The notes beneath the pieces are model-generated. The model was not told the DNA's origin. It ran no database searches and saw nothing but the letters and a program-made list of their open reading frames with translations. From IMG/VR virus record IMGVR_UViG_2690316153_000015: a stretch of 37,792 nt of DNA. One strand, written 5' to 3'. Within the stretch, counting starts at the first letter, position 1. Each line of letters begins with the position of its first letter. The DNA is from a virus. Its lineage: Duplodnaviria > Heunggongvirae > Uroviricota > Caudoviricetes. The translations under genes and the position numbers were made by a program. Shown here in pieces: positions 9,269-18,921 of this stretch.

Positions 9269-10111
9269 TCATGATGAAATTGCCGAAGTTTTTTTATCGT
9301 GCTGAAGTACCGCAAATGCCATTAAAACCTCAAGAGAATAGCGGCGATAATACTTAACAAAACCATAATAAAATACTCGGGATGCAGCAATACAAAACAA
9401 GAGAAGAAAACAAAAAGGTAACAGCCTGATATTTATATCTATTAAAAAGGATAGAAGGAACAGGAACATAAGCAACCAGACTGAAGCGAGAAAAACAAAT
9501 GTAATGTTTCTACAAAAACCATACAAAGCAACATAGTTTTGCATTTTCACCTGATGATTTTTAGAATGTTCATACACATAATGATAAGCAAGGCGAAAAA
9601 GATCGCCCCTCAAGCCCTTACGTCGATATAGCGTAGATACAGAAAAAACATTTATATAACCATCTCGTATTTGCGGCCAAAAGACTTTAATAAGTATAGA
9701 ATGCAGTGTGGTTTTATGATGTTCTGCTTTATCAAAAGCTGATACAGGAAATAAAAAAACTCCACGGATAAAATTAACTATACTGAACTTAGTATTATGT
9801 CGTTTTATTTTCAGGGAGCTTCTTTTAGAAAACAGATAAATTGAAGGATACCCAAGTTTACTGTTCATGTATTTTTCAATTAAACAGGATGATAGAATAG
9901 ATATGAAGTGACCTGAAATATATGATAGAACGATTAATACCACATATATAAATACACTTATTATTTCTTTATATTTCAGGATATGGTTAAGAATACCTTC
10001 TATATAAACAGGGTTAATTTCAATAGAAAACAAAAAAAGGATAAACAGGAATAACCCACCTGGAATTAGATAGCCCAAAAAGTCATAAAATGAAAACGGA
10101 TTCTGTGTCAC
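9269..10111 (-). CDS. Multi-pass membrane protein, unknown function (cassette gene 2); GTG start
   Basis: 280-aa ORF; at least four long hydrophobic segments; very AT-rich codon usage unlike flanking phage genes; GGGGGA RBS before GTG. Confidence 0.65.
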   Translation of the reverse strand: MTQNPFSFYDFLGYLIPGGLFLFILFLFSIEINPVYIEGILNHILKYKEIISVFIYVVLIVLSYISGHFISILSSCLIEKYMNSKLGYPSIYLFSKRSSLKIKRHNTKFSIVNFIRGVFLFPVSAFDKAEHHKTTLHSILIKVFWPQIRDGYINVFSVSTLYRRKGLRGDLFRLAYHYVYEHSKNHQVKMQNYVALYGFCRNITFVFLASVWLLMFLFLLSFLIDINIRLLPFCFLLLFCIAASRVFYYGFVKYYRRYSLEVLMAFAVLQHDKKTSAISS

Positions 10112-10150
10112 ACTTCCCCCTGTGTTACTTGTAAATTAAAGGGTAAAACA

Positions 10151-10648
10151 TTATTTGTTTTTCCGTAAAGGATTAGCTTTCCATCTTCTTACTAACCATT
10201 CGAATTCTTGATATGTAGTATCCGAATTAATGCTTTCTCTGATTGCTTTAATTAATGGCTCGGCAATATCATATGTCTCTACAACTGTTGTGTAAGATGT
10301 TCTTTTTATCATTTTTTCATCATAAATACCTTCACGAATACTTACAGCAACTCGCTCGTAAAAATTTAAAATATATTGAAATTTTCGACGCTCGGCCATT
10401 TCTTCATCTGTTATTATGCAACCATCACAAGGAAAAACATAAGAACGAAATGATTTGCCTGAACGATGCACTTGTTTCAGGGTATGCAATGACTCTATAT
10501 ATTGCATATCTTGCCGACTCTCAAAAAGAAAGTTGGCCGTTTGAGTTTTTTTTGCGGTACGCACATTGTAGATAATGGTTCCAATGGCAACCAAAACGCC
10601 AAGCAGAACAATAGCATTGCTGATGATTTGTAGTGTTATTGGGTTCAT
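10151..10648 (-). CDS. Single-pass membrane-anchored protein, unknown function (cassette gene 1)
   Basis: 165-aa ORF; N-terminal TM segment ITLQIISNAIVLLGVLVAIGTIIY then ~135-aa soluble domain with CDGC motif; AT-rich; 39 bp upstream of gene 2. Confidence 0.65.
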   Translation of the reverse strand: MNPITLQIISNAIVLLGVLVAIGTIIYNVRTAKKTQTANFLFESRQDMQYIESLHTLKQVHRSGKSFRSYVFPCDGCIITDEEMAERRKFQYILNFYERVAVSIREGIYDEKMIKRTSYTTVVETYDIAEPLIKAIRESINSDTTYQEFEWLVRRWKANPLRKNK

Positions 10649-10663
10649 CCTATTTCATCCATA

Positions 10664-10690
10664 AAAAAGGCGGGGAGCAAATCCCCGCCT
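10664..10690 (-). terminator. Intrinsic terminator on minus strand (GGCGGGGA-TTTGC-TCCCCGCC then T6), ending 15 nt upstream of the cassette start codon
   Basis: Perfect 8-bp GC stem followed by a T-run when read on the minus strand. Confidence 0.55.
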
Positions 10691-10845
10691 CATTAGAGGT
10701 CAACGTAGCTTAGAAACCATCAAATTCATCATACATTTTTTTCATATCAACCCCCTCATAGAAATCATAACCACGTTTTGTGGTTTTTGTGACGCATAAA
10801 CTACATCAAAGGCAAGCCACGGTCAAATATATAGGCATGCTTACC

Positions 10846-10872
10846 TGCACAAAAGTGCACAAATTTGCACAA
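10846..10872. repeat. Three TGCACAA heptamers at 10-bp spacing in the portal-proximal noncoding region
   Basis: TGCACAAAAGTGCACAAATTTGCACAA read directly; helically phased. Confidence 0.5.
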
Positions 10873-11295
10873 TTTTTTTGAACGACTTTTTACCCTTCCG
10901 GCCCGCATGGCGGCTGGATCCGTCAAGGATCCGTGCGTGCACAAAAAACGCGTTTTTTCTGCGCGCAGGTGACGGGGGAACAGCCCGCGTTTCAGGGGGT
11001 AAATAGCATTCCCTGAACGATGTCGCAGAGATAGAACAGAATGGCTGTATTTCTCACGCTGAGCGTGAAAAAGACGTGAGGGCTTTTGATTTGATGGGGT
11101 GAAAGGTAAGGCCGTCAAAATCGCACTGAGACGGCGAGAACATGCAGTCAACGCGGTGGGATTGCGTAAGAGTCTGACTGTCGATGATGGCAATCAGCAG
11201 GAAAGCATCGTGAAATTATCTGACTGATACAGGAGCTGGAGAGTCGGGGCATAAATTTTTTATGCCCCGGCGAAGCAGCAGACAAGCGAAGCGCG

Positions 11296-12342
11296 TCAGG
11301 ATGTGGGCTGGGTGTCTAACAGTGCGTAAGGGTTAAAGCGGATCACCTCTTCGCCAAGCCAGTCATTGATGTGCTTCATGGCCTCCATGACGGGCATCAG
11401 CTCGTTAATTGCGTAAACCCGCGCGGCCTTCTCCACATCACCAAACGCACTTTTTTCGCCCGGCATCGCCCCCATCAGTTGCGGCGGAACGCGGTGCGCA
11501 GCCAGCACATCATCACGGGATGCCGCCTTAACATTCATGAACTCATCCTTTGCGGTGATCTGCTGGAACGGCAAAATTTGCACCCCTTCTTTGCCCCCGT
11601 TGGGCGCATGAATGAGCACGTTTTTAAATGCACCACCACCACGCGCACCCTGTAACGTTTCTTTCAGGGAGTCCATGCTTTCGCGGTTTACCTGCGCTGC
11701 ACCGATGTAGATGATGCACCCGGCGTGGGATCCGTTGTCGTAATACAGTTTTCTGAACATGTCCGCCGAATGAGAAAGGCTGGCCGAGAGTAATGCGCCA
11801 AGATATTCCGGCATGCCGTAGATTTCCTGGTTAATATCCGGATTCATCAGGTGGCACACTTTGCCAGGGCGAAACTGGAACGCGTCCTTGCCATCCTGCA
11901 CATACCACCATGATTCAAGATCGCTTCCGCGTCGCATGTATTTCGCCAGGGCGTGCCGTAATTTAAGCGGTTCGCCGAGCATATTGCTCCGAAGCTCAAG
12001 GAATGCGTTACCGAACACAAACCAGTCCAGCGCCAGCGCCGAGAAATCCTGCCGGGAAAGCAGCGGGTGCGGGATGTAGCACCCGAGCAATACATTACGC
12101 TTAAAGTAAAGCGCAGACTGATGCCAGGACGTTTGCCGGGCGGCTCTTGCCAGACCGTACCAGTCCACCGGGGTTTCATACCACCGCCCGTTATCAGCAC
12201 AGTACATATTGTCCAGCAGGTCATGCCCGGTCAGGCGATAAGGACCATCAAATGTGAATGCACTGAGCGATGATTCTTTCCTGAGCGCATCAGCGAGATC
12301 AATGCGTGAACTCATGCGCACTTTTTTATTTTTTCTGCTCAT
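11296..12342 (-). CDS. Q: Portal protein (P2 gpQ-like)
   Basis: 348-aa ORF adjacent to and co-oriented with the large terminase; position and size as in P2 Q. Confidence 0.85.
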   Translation of the reverse strand: MSRKNKKVRMSSRIDLADALRKESSLSAFTFDGPYRLTGHDLLDNMYCADNGRWYETPVDWYGLARAARQTSWHQSALYFKRNVLLGCYIPHPLLSRQDFSALALDWFVFGNAFLELRSNMLGEPLKLRHALAKYMRRGSDLESWWYVQDGKDAFQFRPGKVCHLMNPDINQEIYGMPEYLGALLSASLSHSADMFRKLYYDNGSHAGCIIYIGAAQVNRESMDSLKETLQGARGGGAFKNVLIHAPNGGKEGVQILPFQQITAKDEFMNVKAASRDDVLAAHRVPPQLMGAMPGEKSAFGDVEKAARVYAINELMPVMEAMKHINDWLGEEVIRFNPYALLDTQPTS

Positions 12343-14093
12343 CAGAACTCCATAACCGTAAAACGCTCGTTTTCCCCTTCGCCGCCAATCGGTTCGTTAA
12401 TGACAGCAAGCATGGTTGCCCACGCAAGGTCGCCGTGGCTGATCCCCCTCGCACGGTCCGTTTCGTAAGTGATAAAGCCGCCCGGTGTTTTCACCTTACG
12501 CACGGCGTTAAAGGCTGCGACCAGCTCGCGTTCGGCGCGATCATATTCCCACCGCCCGGCACGCATTATTTGCAGCATTTTCAGTACCAGCGACCGTTTT
12601 GATGACAGCGTGAAGGTGTACGGAATAGCAGCAGGGAAAAACCGTTTCACTATCTGATAAACAGCCTCCCCGTTCCCGCCCGTCACATCAATGCCGATGT
12701 GTTCCACGTTGTAGCGACACGTGAACTCTTCAATGACTCTGGCCTGTTCTTCAAACTCCAGCCCCTGAACGCGTCGCGTCTCCACCGTTCGAAAACGGCC
12801 TCCAGGAACAGCCGGAGGAACCACCACGGACACAGCGCCGCTGTCGCCGTTTCCACTGCTGCCGTTTGCGTCATACCCAATCCATACCGGACGATTTCCC
12901 ATCGGGCGGGGAGCAAAAGGTTTCCAGTCTTTCCAGTCGTCGTATCCGTCAACACCGCAGCCAATCAGGATATTCAGGTTAAATGCCGATTCCCCTTCGC
13001 GGACAAACTCACACATATAGAGATTGCGGAACTCGTCTTCGGTGTTTTCATCACGAATTTCGTCAATATCGGTGTGTTTCCAGCCGTGATTAACCACATC
13101 TTCCAGCGTGACAATTTGCCGCCACGTCCGGTCAGGGCAGATAAGCCCGTTATGCAGCGTTTTCCAGTCCACAGAAAAACGCTGGCGTTTATGCGTGGCC
13201 TTTTTCTCGTTCCAGCGGTCGCCATTCCAGTAGGCGTATGCCTCGTGCGTTTCGGTGGATGGCGTGGAGAAGTAGGTGCGCCGCAGTCCGCTGAGGGTTG
13301 CCATAGCGCCAGCCACCTTGCGCAGTTCAGCAAAGCGACTGACCCAGAAAAATTCATCAAAATAAAAATTGCCCGTGTAGGACTGTGCCGTCGCAGCAGA
13401 AGTACCAAGAAAATGCAGCTCTGCGCCGTTGGAGAGGATGATTTTATCGCCCCCTTTCAGCTCCACATCAACTTCAGCCGCAGCCTTCTGAATAATGCTT
13501 TTAAACTGGAACGCCTGACGACGCGACGCAGACAAAAAAATCTGGTTACGCTGGTAAGGTTGTGCCACATCGTCACGCAGCGCCATCAGCAGTGCTTCCT
13601 GTGCAAAATACCAGGTCGCCCCAATCTGTCGGGATTTCAGGATCATCCTGTTACGTATCCCGGCTTCCCTGCAAAGGGTCAGGGAGTCAAACCAGCCCCG
13701 CTGATGCCACTCCAGCCTGCTGATGATTTTTTCCCGCAGTGCGGCAATCTGTTCCGGCGTGAAATGATTTTTGAGTTTTTTCGCCCGGCCTTTCTTTCCT
13801 GCGGCCATCACATCCGGCTGGCCATCATGCAGCTTTTTAAGCTGCCGGGTCAGCAGGTCTATTTCCTTGAAGTCACCACCTGTTTTATTCTGTTTTTCAG
13901 TAAGCTGGATGAGGCGCGCATCGATGGACTGCGTGACACGCTGCACGGGTGGCGTTTCATCCCACTGGTCGCGTTTTTTCCACGCATAAATCGTGTTCGG
14001 GTTTATTCCCATCAGACGTGATATTTCTGCGGGCGGATAACCCTGCCAGTAAAGTTGCCGCGCACGCTGGCGCACAAAAGCGTCCTGAATCAT
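12342..14093 (-). CDS. P: Terminase large subunit (P2 gpP-like)
   Basis: 583-aa ORF; helicase-like ATPase region and C-terminal nuclease-like region; divergent from O-N-M capsid operon as in P2. Confidence 0.88.
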   Translation of the reverse strand: MIQDAFVRQRARQLYWQGYPPAEISRLMGINPNTIYAWKKRDQWDETPPVQRVTQSIDARLIQLTEKQNKTGGDFKEIDLLTRQLKKLHDGQPDVMAAGKKGRAKKLKNHFTPEQIAALREKIISRLEWHQRGWFDSLTLCREAGIRNRMILKSRQIGATWYFAQEALLMALRDDVAQPYQRNQIFLSASRRQAFQFKSIIQKAAAEVDVELKGGDKIILSNGAELHFLGTSAATAQSYTGNFYFDEFFWVSRFAELRKVAGAMATLSGLRRTYFSTPSTETHEAYAYWNGDRWNEKKATHKRQRFSVDWKTLHNGLICPDRTWRQIVTLEDVVNHGWKHTDIDEIRDENTEDEFRNLYMCEFVREGESAFNLNILIGCGVDGYDDWKDWKPFAPRPMGNRPVWIGYDANGSSGNGDSGAVSVVVPPAVPGGRFRTVETRRVQGLEFEEQARVIEEFTCRYNVEHIGIDVTGGNGEAVYQIVKRFFPAAIPYTFTLSSKRSLVLKMLQIMRAGRWEYDRAERELVAAFNAVRKVKTPGGFITYETDRARGISHGDLAWATMLAVINEPIGGEGENERFTVMEF

Positions 14094-14247
14094 TGCTCCC
14101 CCTGAGTAATTACAGGAAGATTACCCGCGCGCGAAACCGTTCTCCTTAACCCCCTGTTCTGACTGTTTTCTTACAACAAAAGCCCTTTGTATCAGCCTGT
14201 TACGCTTTGCCATCATGACTGAAGAACCAGTCAGAGGGGCAAAAACT

Positions 14248-15084
14248 ATGACTAATGAAAAAAAGACATCCCGCAAAAAGTTTCGCGTGGCTGTCTCCGG
14301 TGTGACGGCAGACGGGCGCGAAATCAACGGCGACATGCTGAAAGCTGCCGCCACCAGTTATAACCCGTCCGTTTATGGTGCACGTGTGAATATTGAGCAC
14401 ATCCTGTCACCACTCCCCGGTAGCGAGTTTTCCGCTATGGGCGATGTTGTGGGGTTGAGCACCGAAGACATAACCGATGGCCCGCTGGCAGGCCGCACGG
14501 CACTGTATGCCGAAATTGAGCCGACCGCTCGCATGATGTCCCTGCTTAACGATGGTAAAAAAATTTACTCCAGTATTGAGCTGGAACCACAGTCAACCAT
14601 CACGGGAGGCCCTTACCTGCGCGGGCTGGCAATGACCGACACCCCCGCCAGCCTGGGCACGGAACGTCTGGCCTTTGCGGCACAACAACGTATGCAACTG
14701 ATGACATTCAACTGTCAGCAGGGAGACGTGGCGATGTTCACCGCCGCTATGGAGTCAGAACTTATCGAACTCACCGAACAACGTCAGGAAGAAGGCACCC
14801 AGTGGTTTAACCGCGTTATGGGGATTATTGGCCGTGGCCGCAAAGCGGATGACGCCAGTTTCTCCCGTATTCAGGAAGCGGTGGAAGGTGTCGCAACGTC
14901 ACAGGCCGATATTATCGACCGTTTTAATGCACTGGAAACCCGCCATCAGCAGGACAGCCAGAAAATCACTTCGCTGACCACAGAGCTGACAGCACTGAAG
15001 GAAAAGCTGCGCACGCAGGACGGCGATCCGCAGAACCGGTTCACCGCAACGGGCGCAGCCTCCGACCAGCTGGCTGACTTCTGA
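14248..15084 (+). CDS. O: Capsid scaffold protein (P2 gpO-like)
   Basis: Start at ATG 14248 after GAGGGG; KKFRVAVSGVTADGREINGDML and GLAMTDTPASLGTE resemble P2 gpO. Confidence 0.85.
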   Translation: MTNEKKTSRKKFRVAVSGVTADGREINGDMLKAAATSYNPSVYGARVNIEHILSPLPGSEFSAMGDVVGLSTEDITDGPLAGRTALYAEIEPTARMMSLLNDGKKIYSSIELEPQSTITGGPYLRGLAMTDTPASLGTERLAFAAQQRMQLMTFNCQQGDVAMFTAAMESELIELTEQRQEEGTQWFNRVMGIIGRGRKADDASFSRIQEAVEGVATSQADIIDRFNALETRHQQDSQKITSLTTELTALKEKLRTQDGDPQNRFTATGAASDQLADF

Positions 15085-15107
15085 TAAGACAAAGGAGCAA
15101 ATTTTTT

Positions 15108-16160
15108 ATGAATCTGGTGATGTCAGATAATGCCCGTAACAAGCTGGGCTGCTACATGACGCGACAGGCGTCGATTAACAATATCCCGGTTTCTGGGCTG
15201 GTATCGCGATTTACCGTGGAACCCTCGGTGCAGCAGCGTTTTGAAAACGCCTCAAAGGATAGCACCGAACTTACAAAAAAAATTAACGTGATCGGTGTGA
15301 CCGACCAGAAAGGCGAAAAAGTCCTCATGGACACCACCGGGCCGATTGCGCGCACAAATACCAGTTATGACGGCACAGATCGCCGCAACCCGATTAACGC
15401 TGTCGACCTGAAGTCCCGTCAGTACCAGTGTGAGCAGGTGAACTACGACACGTTTATTTCGTATCCGCAGCTTGATGCCTGGGCGGCGCACAATGACTTC
15501 CAGACCCGCATCAGCGCACAGATTGCCCGACAGGTGGCGCTTGACCGCATCATGATCGGCTTTAACGGCACGTCACACGCGGAAAAATCCAACTTCAGCA
15601 CCAACAAGCTGCTTCAGGACGTTAACGTGGGGTGGCTGGAGCACATCAGAACCAATGCCAGCGCGCGCGTAATGAATGACGTGACGCTGACCTCCCGCAA
15701 CATGGACAACACCGTGGCGCACGCGGGTAAGTATGCGAACGCTGATGCACTGGTTCAGGACGCACGCTCATCCCTGCTGGATGAATGGCACAAGGAAGCT
15801 GACGACCTCGTGGTGATTATGGGGCGCAACCTGTTTAACTCGCTGCGTCTGCCCGTGCTGAACAGCATCAGCGGCCAGAATCCCAATGCGGAATTACTCG
15901 CCGGACAGCTCATCCTGTCATCGCGCACCATTGGCGGGCTGGGTGTGTTCCTTGCGCCGTTCTTCCCGGATGCAACGATGCTGATCACCTCGTTCAACAA
16001 CCTGTCGATTTACTGGCAGAAAGGTTCAATGCGTCGTCTGATGAAAGACGAGCCGGAATACAACCGCATCGCCACCTACCAGTCCATCAATGACGCTTAT
16101 GTCGTTGAAGACTATGGCAAGTGCGCGATGGTCACTGGCCTGAAGTTCGCCGACAGCTAA
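15108..16160 (+). CDS. N: Major capsid protein (P2 gpN-like)
   Basis: 350 aa; RFTVEPSVQQ, IMIGFNGTSHAEKS, YVVEDYG resemble P2 gpN; AAGGAG RBS. Confidence 0.9.
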   Translation: MNLVMSDNARNKLGCYMTRQASINNIPVSGLVSRFTVEPSVQQRFENASKDSTELTKKINVIGVTDQKGEKVLMDTTGPIARTNTSYDGTDRRNPINAVDLKSRQYQCEQVNYDTFISYPQLDAWAAHNDFQTRISAQIARQVALDRIMIGFNGTSHAEKSNFSTNKLLQDVNVGWLEHIRTNASARVMNDVTLTSRNMDNTVAHAGKYANADALVQDARSSLLDEWHKEADDLVVIMGRNLFNSLRLPVLNSISGQNPNAELLAGQLILSSRTIGGLGVFLAPFFPDATMLITSFNNLSIYWQKGSMRRLMKDEPEYNRIATYQSINDAYVVEDYGKCAMVTGLKFADS

Positions 16161-16205
16161 TCAACTCACGGCGGGCATCATGCCCGCCAGTAACGGAGAG
16201 AACAA

Positions 16206-17006
16206 ATGATTACTCCTGCACAGCAACACTGGCAGAACGTGATGGCACAGCGCGCAGGCCGGGCGAATGAAGGCGTGGACCACGCCGCGCGTACCGCGCA
16301 TGAAGAGGTGCTGTATCGTCTGCGTCTGGCACAGGCCCGGCTTAAGGGCGTACAGGCCAGAAGCGCGAAAGCCGCCATCAAAAAAGAGTTGTTGCCGGAT
16401 TTTTCCGGCTGGATTGAGGGAACGCTGGAGGCTGACGGCGGGCAGCAGGATGAAGTGATTGCCACGCTGATGGTGTGGGCGATTGACTGCGGCGATCTTC
16501 CGCTGGCGTTGCGTATTGGTGCGTATGTGGTCCGTCATAACCTCATTATGCCGGATAACTTTGGCCGTACTGCTGCCACAGTGCTGACCGAAGAAATCTG
16601 CAACCCGGTACTGACGCAGGCCGGGGCGGATGCCGACGCGGATTTGTCCGCCTTTATCGAACCACTGGACACCCTCCGGAAGATTGTCACCGACCAGGAC
16701 ATGCCGGACGAAGTACGCGCCAAATTATGCAAGGCGTGCGCCTTTGCCCGTCGTGGTCTGACCGATGCAGACAACATGGCCTTATCACTGAAGCTGCTGC
16801 GCGAAGCGATGCACCTGAACCCGAACGCAGGTGTGAAACGCGAGATTGCAACCCTTTCCCGCGCCCTGAAAAAAGCCGATTCCGCAGCCGCATCAGAAGA
16901 CGCCAGCGCACAGCAGGCGCAGGACGAAAGCAGCAAAAGTAAAAAGACAACGCGGAAGCCTGCAACACGAAAAACCACCGCGACGCAGAAGGCGAAGCGC
17001 GGTTAA
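16206..17006 (+). CDS. M: Terminase small (endonuclease) subunit (P2 gpM-like)
   Basis: 266-aa ORF following the capsid gene; Lys-rich C-terminal tail; synteny. Confidence 0.75.
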   Translation: MITPAQQHWQNVMAQRAGRANEGVDHAARTAHEEVLYRLRLAQARLKGVQARSAKAAIKKELLPDFSGWIEGTLEADGGQQDEVIATLMVWAIDCGDLPLALRIGAYVVRHNLIMPDNFGRTAATVLTEEICNPVLTQAGADADADLSAFIEPLDTLRKIVTDQDMPDEVRAKLCKACAFARRGLTDADNMALSLKLLREAMHLNPNAGVKREIATLSRALKKADSAAASEDASAQQAQDESSKSKKTTRKPATRKTTATQKAKRG

Positions 17007-17107
17007 CGACTGACCCCGTCAGCGGGCGGCGTGCGCGGTGTTCCGGTTTGACTCCGTGGCCGTTTACACCGCGCACCCACCGCCCGATTTTTTCAGGAGT
17101 GAATCCC

Positions 17108-17602
17108 ATGAGCATGGTTGCCAGAACCAACCCCGGCCCCGCAGAGGACGACATCACCGATACCGATGATGGTGATACCCGTATTTCAGCGGGTGCATTC
17201 TGGCCGGATATTGTGCTGCGTGAGCTGCGTCTGGCGATACGACTGCCGGGCCGTGTGACCACCTCCCGCCTGCTGCATACCGCCACCGGGGCCGTGGCAC
17301 ACGTTACCCGCGAGCTGGAAGCGTGGCAGCAGGAACAGCAGGCGGCTAGCCATCAGACGCTGGCCGATGTTCCGGCCCCCGTAATTAACGGAGAAAGCGT
17401 CAATCTCTGGCTCTGGCGCAATGCTGTTTATACCGCCACACGCGCCCTGATTCTGGAGCGTTACCGCGATGCGGACACAACGGACAAGGGCGACCGCCGG
17501 GCGGATGCACTGGATATACAGACATCGGATTTGTGGCGCGATGTGAGCTGGGCCATCTCTGACATTCTGTGCCGCCCGCGAATCTTTGCGGAGTTGTGCT
17601 GA
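17108..17602 (+). CDS. L: Capsid completion protein (P2 gpL-like)
   Basis: Probable start MSMVARTNPG at 17108 after AGGAGTG; synteny. Confidence 0.7.
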   Translation: MSMVARTNPGPAEDDITDTDDGDTRISAGAFWPDIVLRELRLAIRLPGRVTTSRLLHTATGAVAHVTRELEAWQQEQQAASHQTLADVPAPVINGESVNLWLWRNAVYTATRALILERYRDADTTDKGDRRADALDIQTSDLWRDVSWAISDILCRPRIFAELC

Positions 17603-17802
17603 TGAAAGTGAAGGCACTGGAAGGCGACACCGTGGATTCGCTCTGTTTCCGGTACTACGGCACGACGCAGGGCGTCACCGAAAAGGTGCTGGATGCCAAC
17701 CCCGGACTCTGTCAGCAGGTATTTCTGGACGCCGGGCAGGAAGTGGAGATGCCGGAGCCGGAGAAGAAGAAACGAGAAATGATTCAGTTGTGGGGGGAGT
17801 AG
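17602..17802 (+). CDS. X: Tail protein X (P2 gpX-like)
   Basis: MKVKALEGDTVDSLCFRYYGTTQGVTEKVLDANPGL resembles P2 gpX; start overlaps L stop. Confidence 0.75.
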   Translation: MKVKALEGDTVDSLCFRYYGTTQGVTEKVLDANPGLCQQVFLDAGQEVEMPEPEKKKREMIQLWGE

Positions 17803-17804
17803 CA

Positions 17805-18128
17805 GTGAGCACCATTCAAACAGGGATCACAGAGCAGGTTATTGCGTGGCTCTTTGACCACCTGCCAACGGTGTATGCAGTAGGCGCGGCGGTCAGCATT
17901 TCCGCGCTGATGAGTCTTTATGACGGACGAACACTGGTTCAGACCGTAACGGGATCGCTGGCGTGCGGCGTTCTGGCCATGGCCGTGGCCGGGTCGTTGC
18001 GCTTCTTCGGTTTTCCTGAAGATGCCGTGACGTTTATCGGCGCATCAATCGGTTTTATGGGCGCAGAGAAAGCACGCGACAAGGTTATTGCAGCCTTTAA
18101 TCGCAGGGTGAAGGAGAAGGACGAATGA
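17805..18128 (+). CDS. Putative holin (GTG start)
   Basis: 107-aa protein with two to three hydrophobic helices and a charged C-terminus; immediately upstream of the endolysin. Confidence 0.6.
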   Translation: MSTIQTGITEQVIAWLFDHLPTVYAVGAAVSISALMSLYDGRTLVQTVTGSLACGVLAMAVAGSLRFFGFPEDAVTFIGASIGFMGAEKARDKVIAAFNRRVKEKDE

Positions 18129-18517
18129 GCAACACATTTAAATTCAGCAGCCGGAGCGAAAAGAATTTGCAGGGCGTAAATCCTGATCTGGTGAAAGTGA
18201 CCCGACGGGCACTGGAAATCTCGGAAGTGGATTTTGGTATCACCGAAGGGTTGCGCAGCCGTTACCGCCAGAAGCAACTTGTGGCCACGGGTAAGAGCCA
18301 GACCATGAACAGCCGCCACCTTACGGGGCATGCCGTGGATGTTGTGGCTTATATCGGCAGCCTGGTGTCATGGGAATGGCCACTGTACGAAAAAATCGCA
18401 GCAGCATTCAGACAGGCCAGCCGGGAACTGAATATTCCGGTGGAATGGGGCGGCGACTGGAAGACCCTGAAAGACGGACCGCATTTTCAGTTACCACACG
18501 GAGCCTATCCGGCATGA
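18125..18517 (+). CDS. Endolysin, peptidase M15 (zinc peptidoglycan peptidase) type
   Basis: 130 aa; SRHLTGHAVDV (H-x6-D) and a later GPHFQ histidine fit the zinc-binding pattern of M15 L-Ala-D-Glu peptidases; lysis-cassette position. Confidence 0.7.
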   Translation: MSNTFKFSSRSEKNLQGVNPDLVKVTRRALEISEVDFGITEGLRSRYRQKQLVATGKSQTMNSRHLTGHAVDVVAYIGSLVSWEWPLYEKIAAAFRQASRELNIPVEWGGDWKTLKDGPHFQLPHGAYPA

Positions 18518-18921
18518 AGCTCTGGCACACGCTGGGCGTCGCTTTCCTTCTGATTGCCGCATGGGGAACATCCATGCGTCTGTCGTGGTCGCTGGGCCGG
18601 GAGAACGCCAGAAACGAAGCGCAGGCCAGCGCCCTGAAAAGTACCGCCGACACCCTGAATATCATCAGCGCCGGGGTACAGGATATGCAGCAGGTGCTGG
18701 CGCAACTCCGCGTGGAAAATCAGCAACGCAATCAGGACGGAGAGGTAAGACGTGAACAGCTACGCAACGATATTGCAAAAGATGAATGCGCCCACGCTTT
18801 GCCTGACGCTCGTTTTACTGACAGGTTGCGCAGGCACGCAGAACGCGCCACGGCCAGCGCCGTCAGTCCGGCTTATACCGCAGACGCTGACCATACCGGT
18901 AACGCCTCCCCCCTTCCCTGA
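18514..18921 (+). CDS. Rz/LysB-like inner-membrane spanin
   Basis: Start MKLWHTLGVAFLLIAAWG gives N-terminal TM then a coiled-coil-like charged region; overlaps endolysin stop. Confidence 0.6.
   Translation: MKLWHTLGVAFLLIAAWGTSMRLSWSLGRENARNEAQASALKSTADTLNIISAGVQDMQQVLAQLRVENQQRNQDGEVRREQLRNDIAKDECAHALPDARFTDRLRRHAERATASAVSPAYTADADHTGNASPLP

Noticed and set aside
10664-10690. Possible cos site because GGCGGGGA resembles part of the P2 cohesive-end sequence
   Set aside because: The resemblance is only 8 bp and the element is a perfect hairpin plus T-run, which is better explained as an intrinsic terminator; the true cos position could not be determined.
10846-10872. Short direct repeats considered as a possible CRISPR array
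   Set aside because: Only three 7-bp units with 3-bp gaps and no cas genes; no CRISPR array is present anywhere in the window.
10801-11193. 130-aa minus-strand ORF in the Q-proximal noncoding region
   Set aside because: Arg/Ser-rich low-complexity translation with no RBS, in the region expected to hold cos and packaging signals.
12699-14021. 440-aa plus-strand ORF
   Set aside because: Lies entirely antisense to the large terminase gene; translation is Arg/Pro/Phe-rich low complexity with no RBS context, so it is treated as a shadow ORF.
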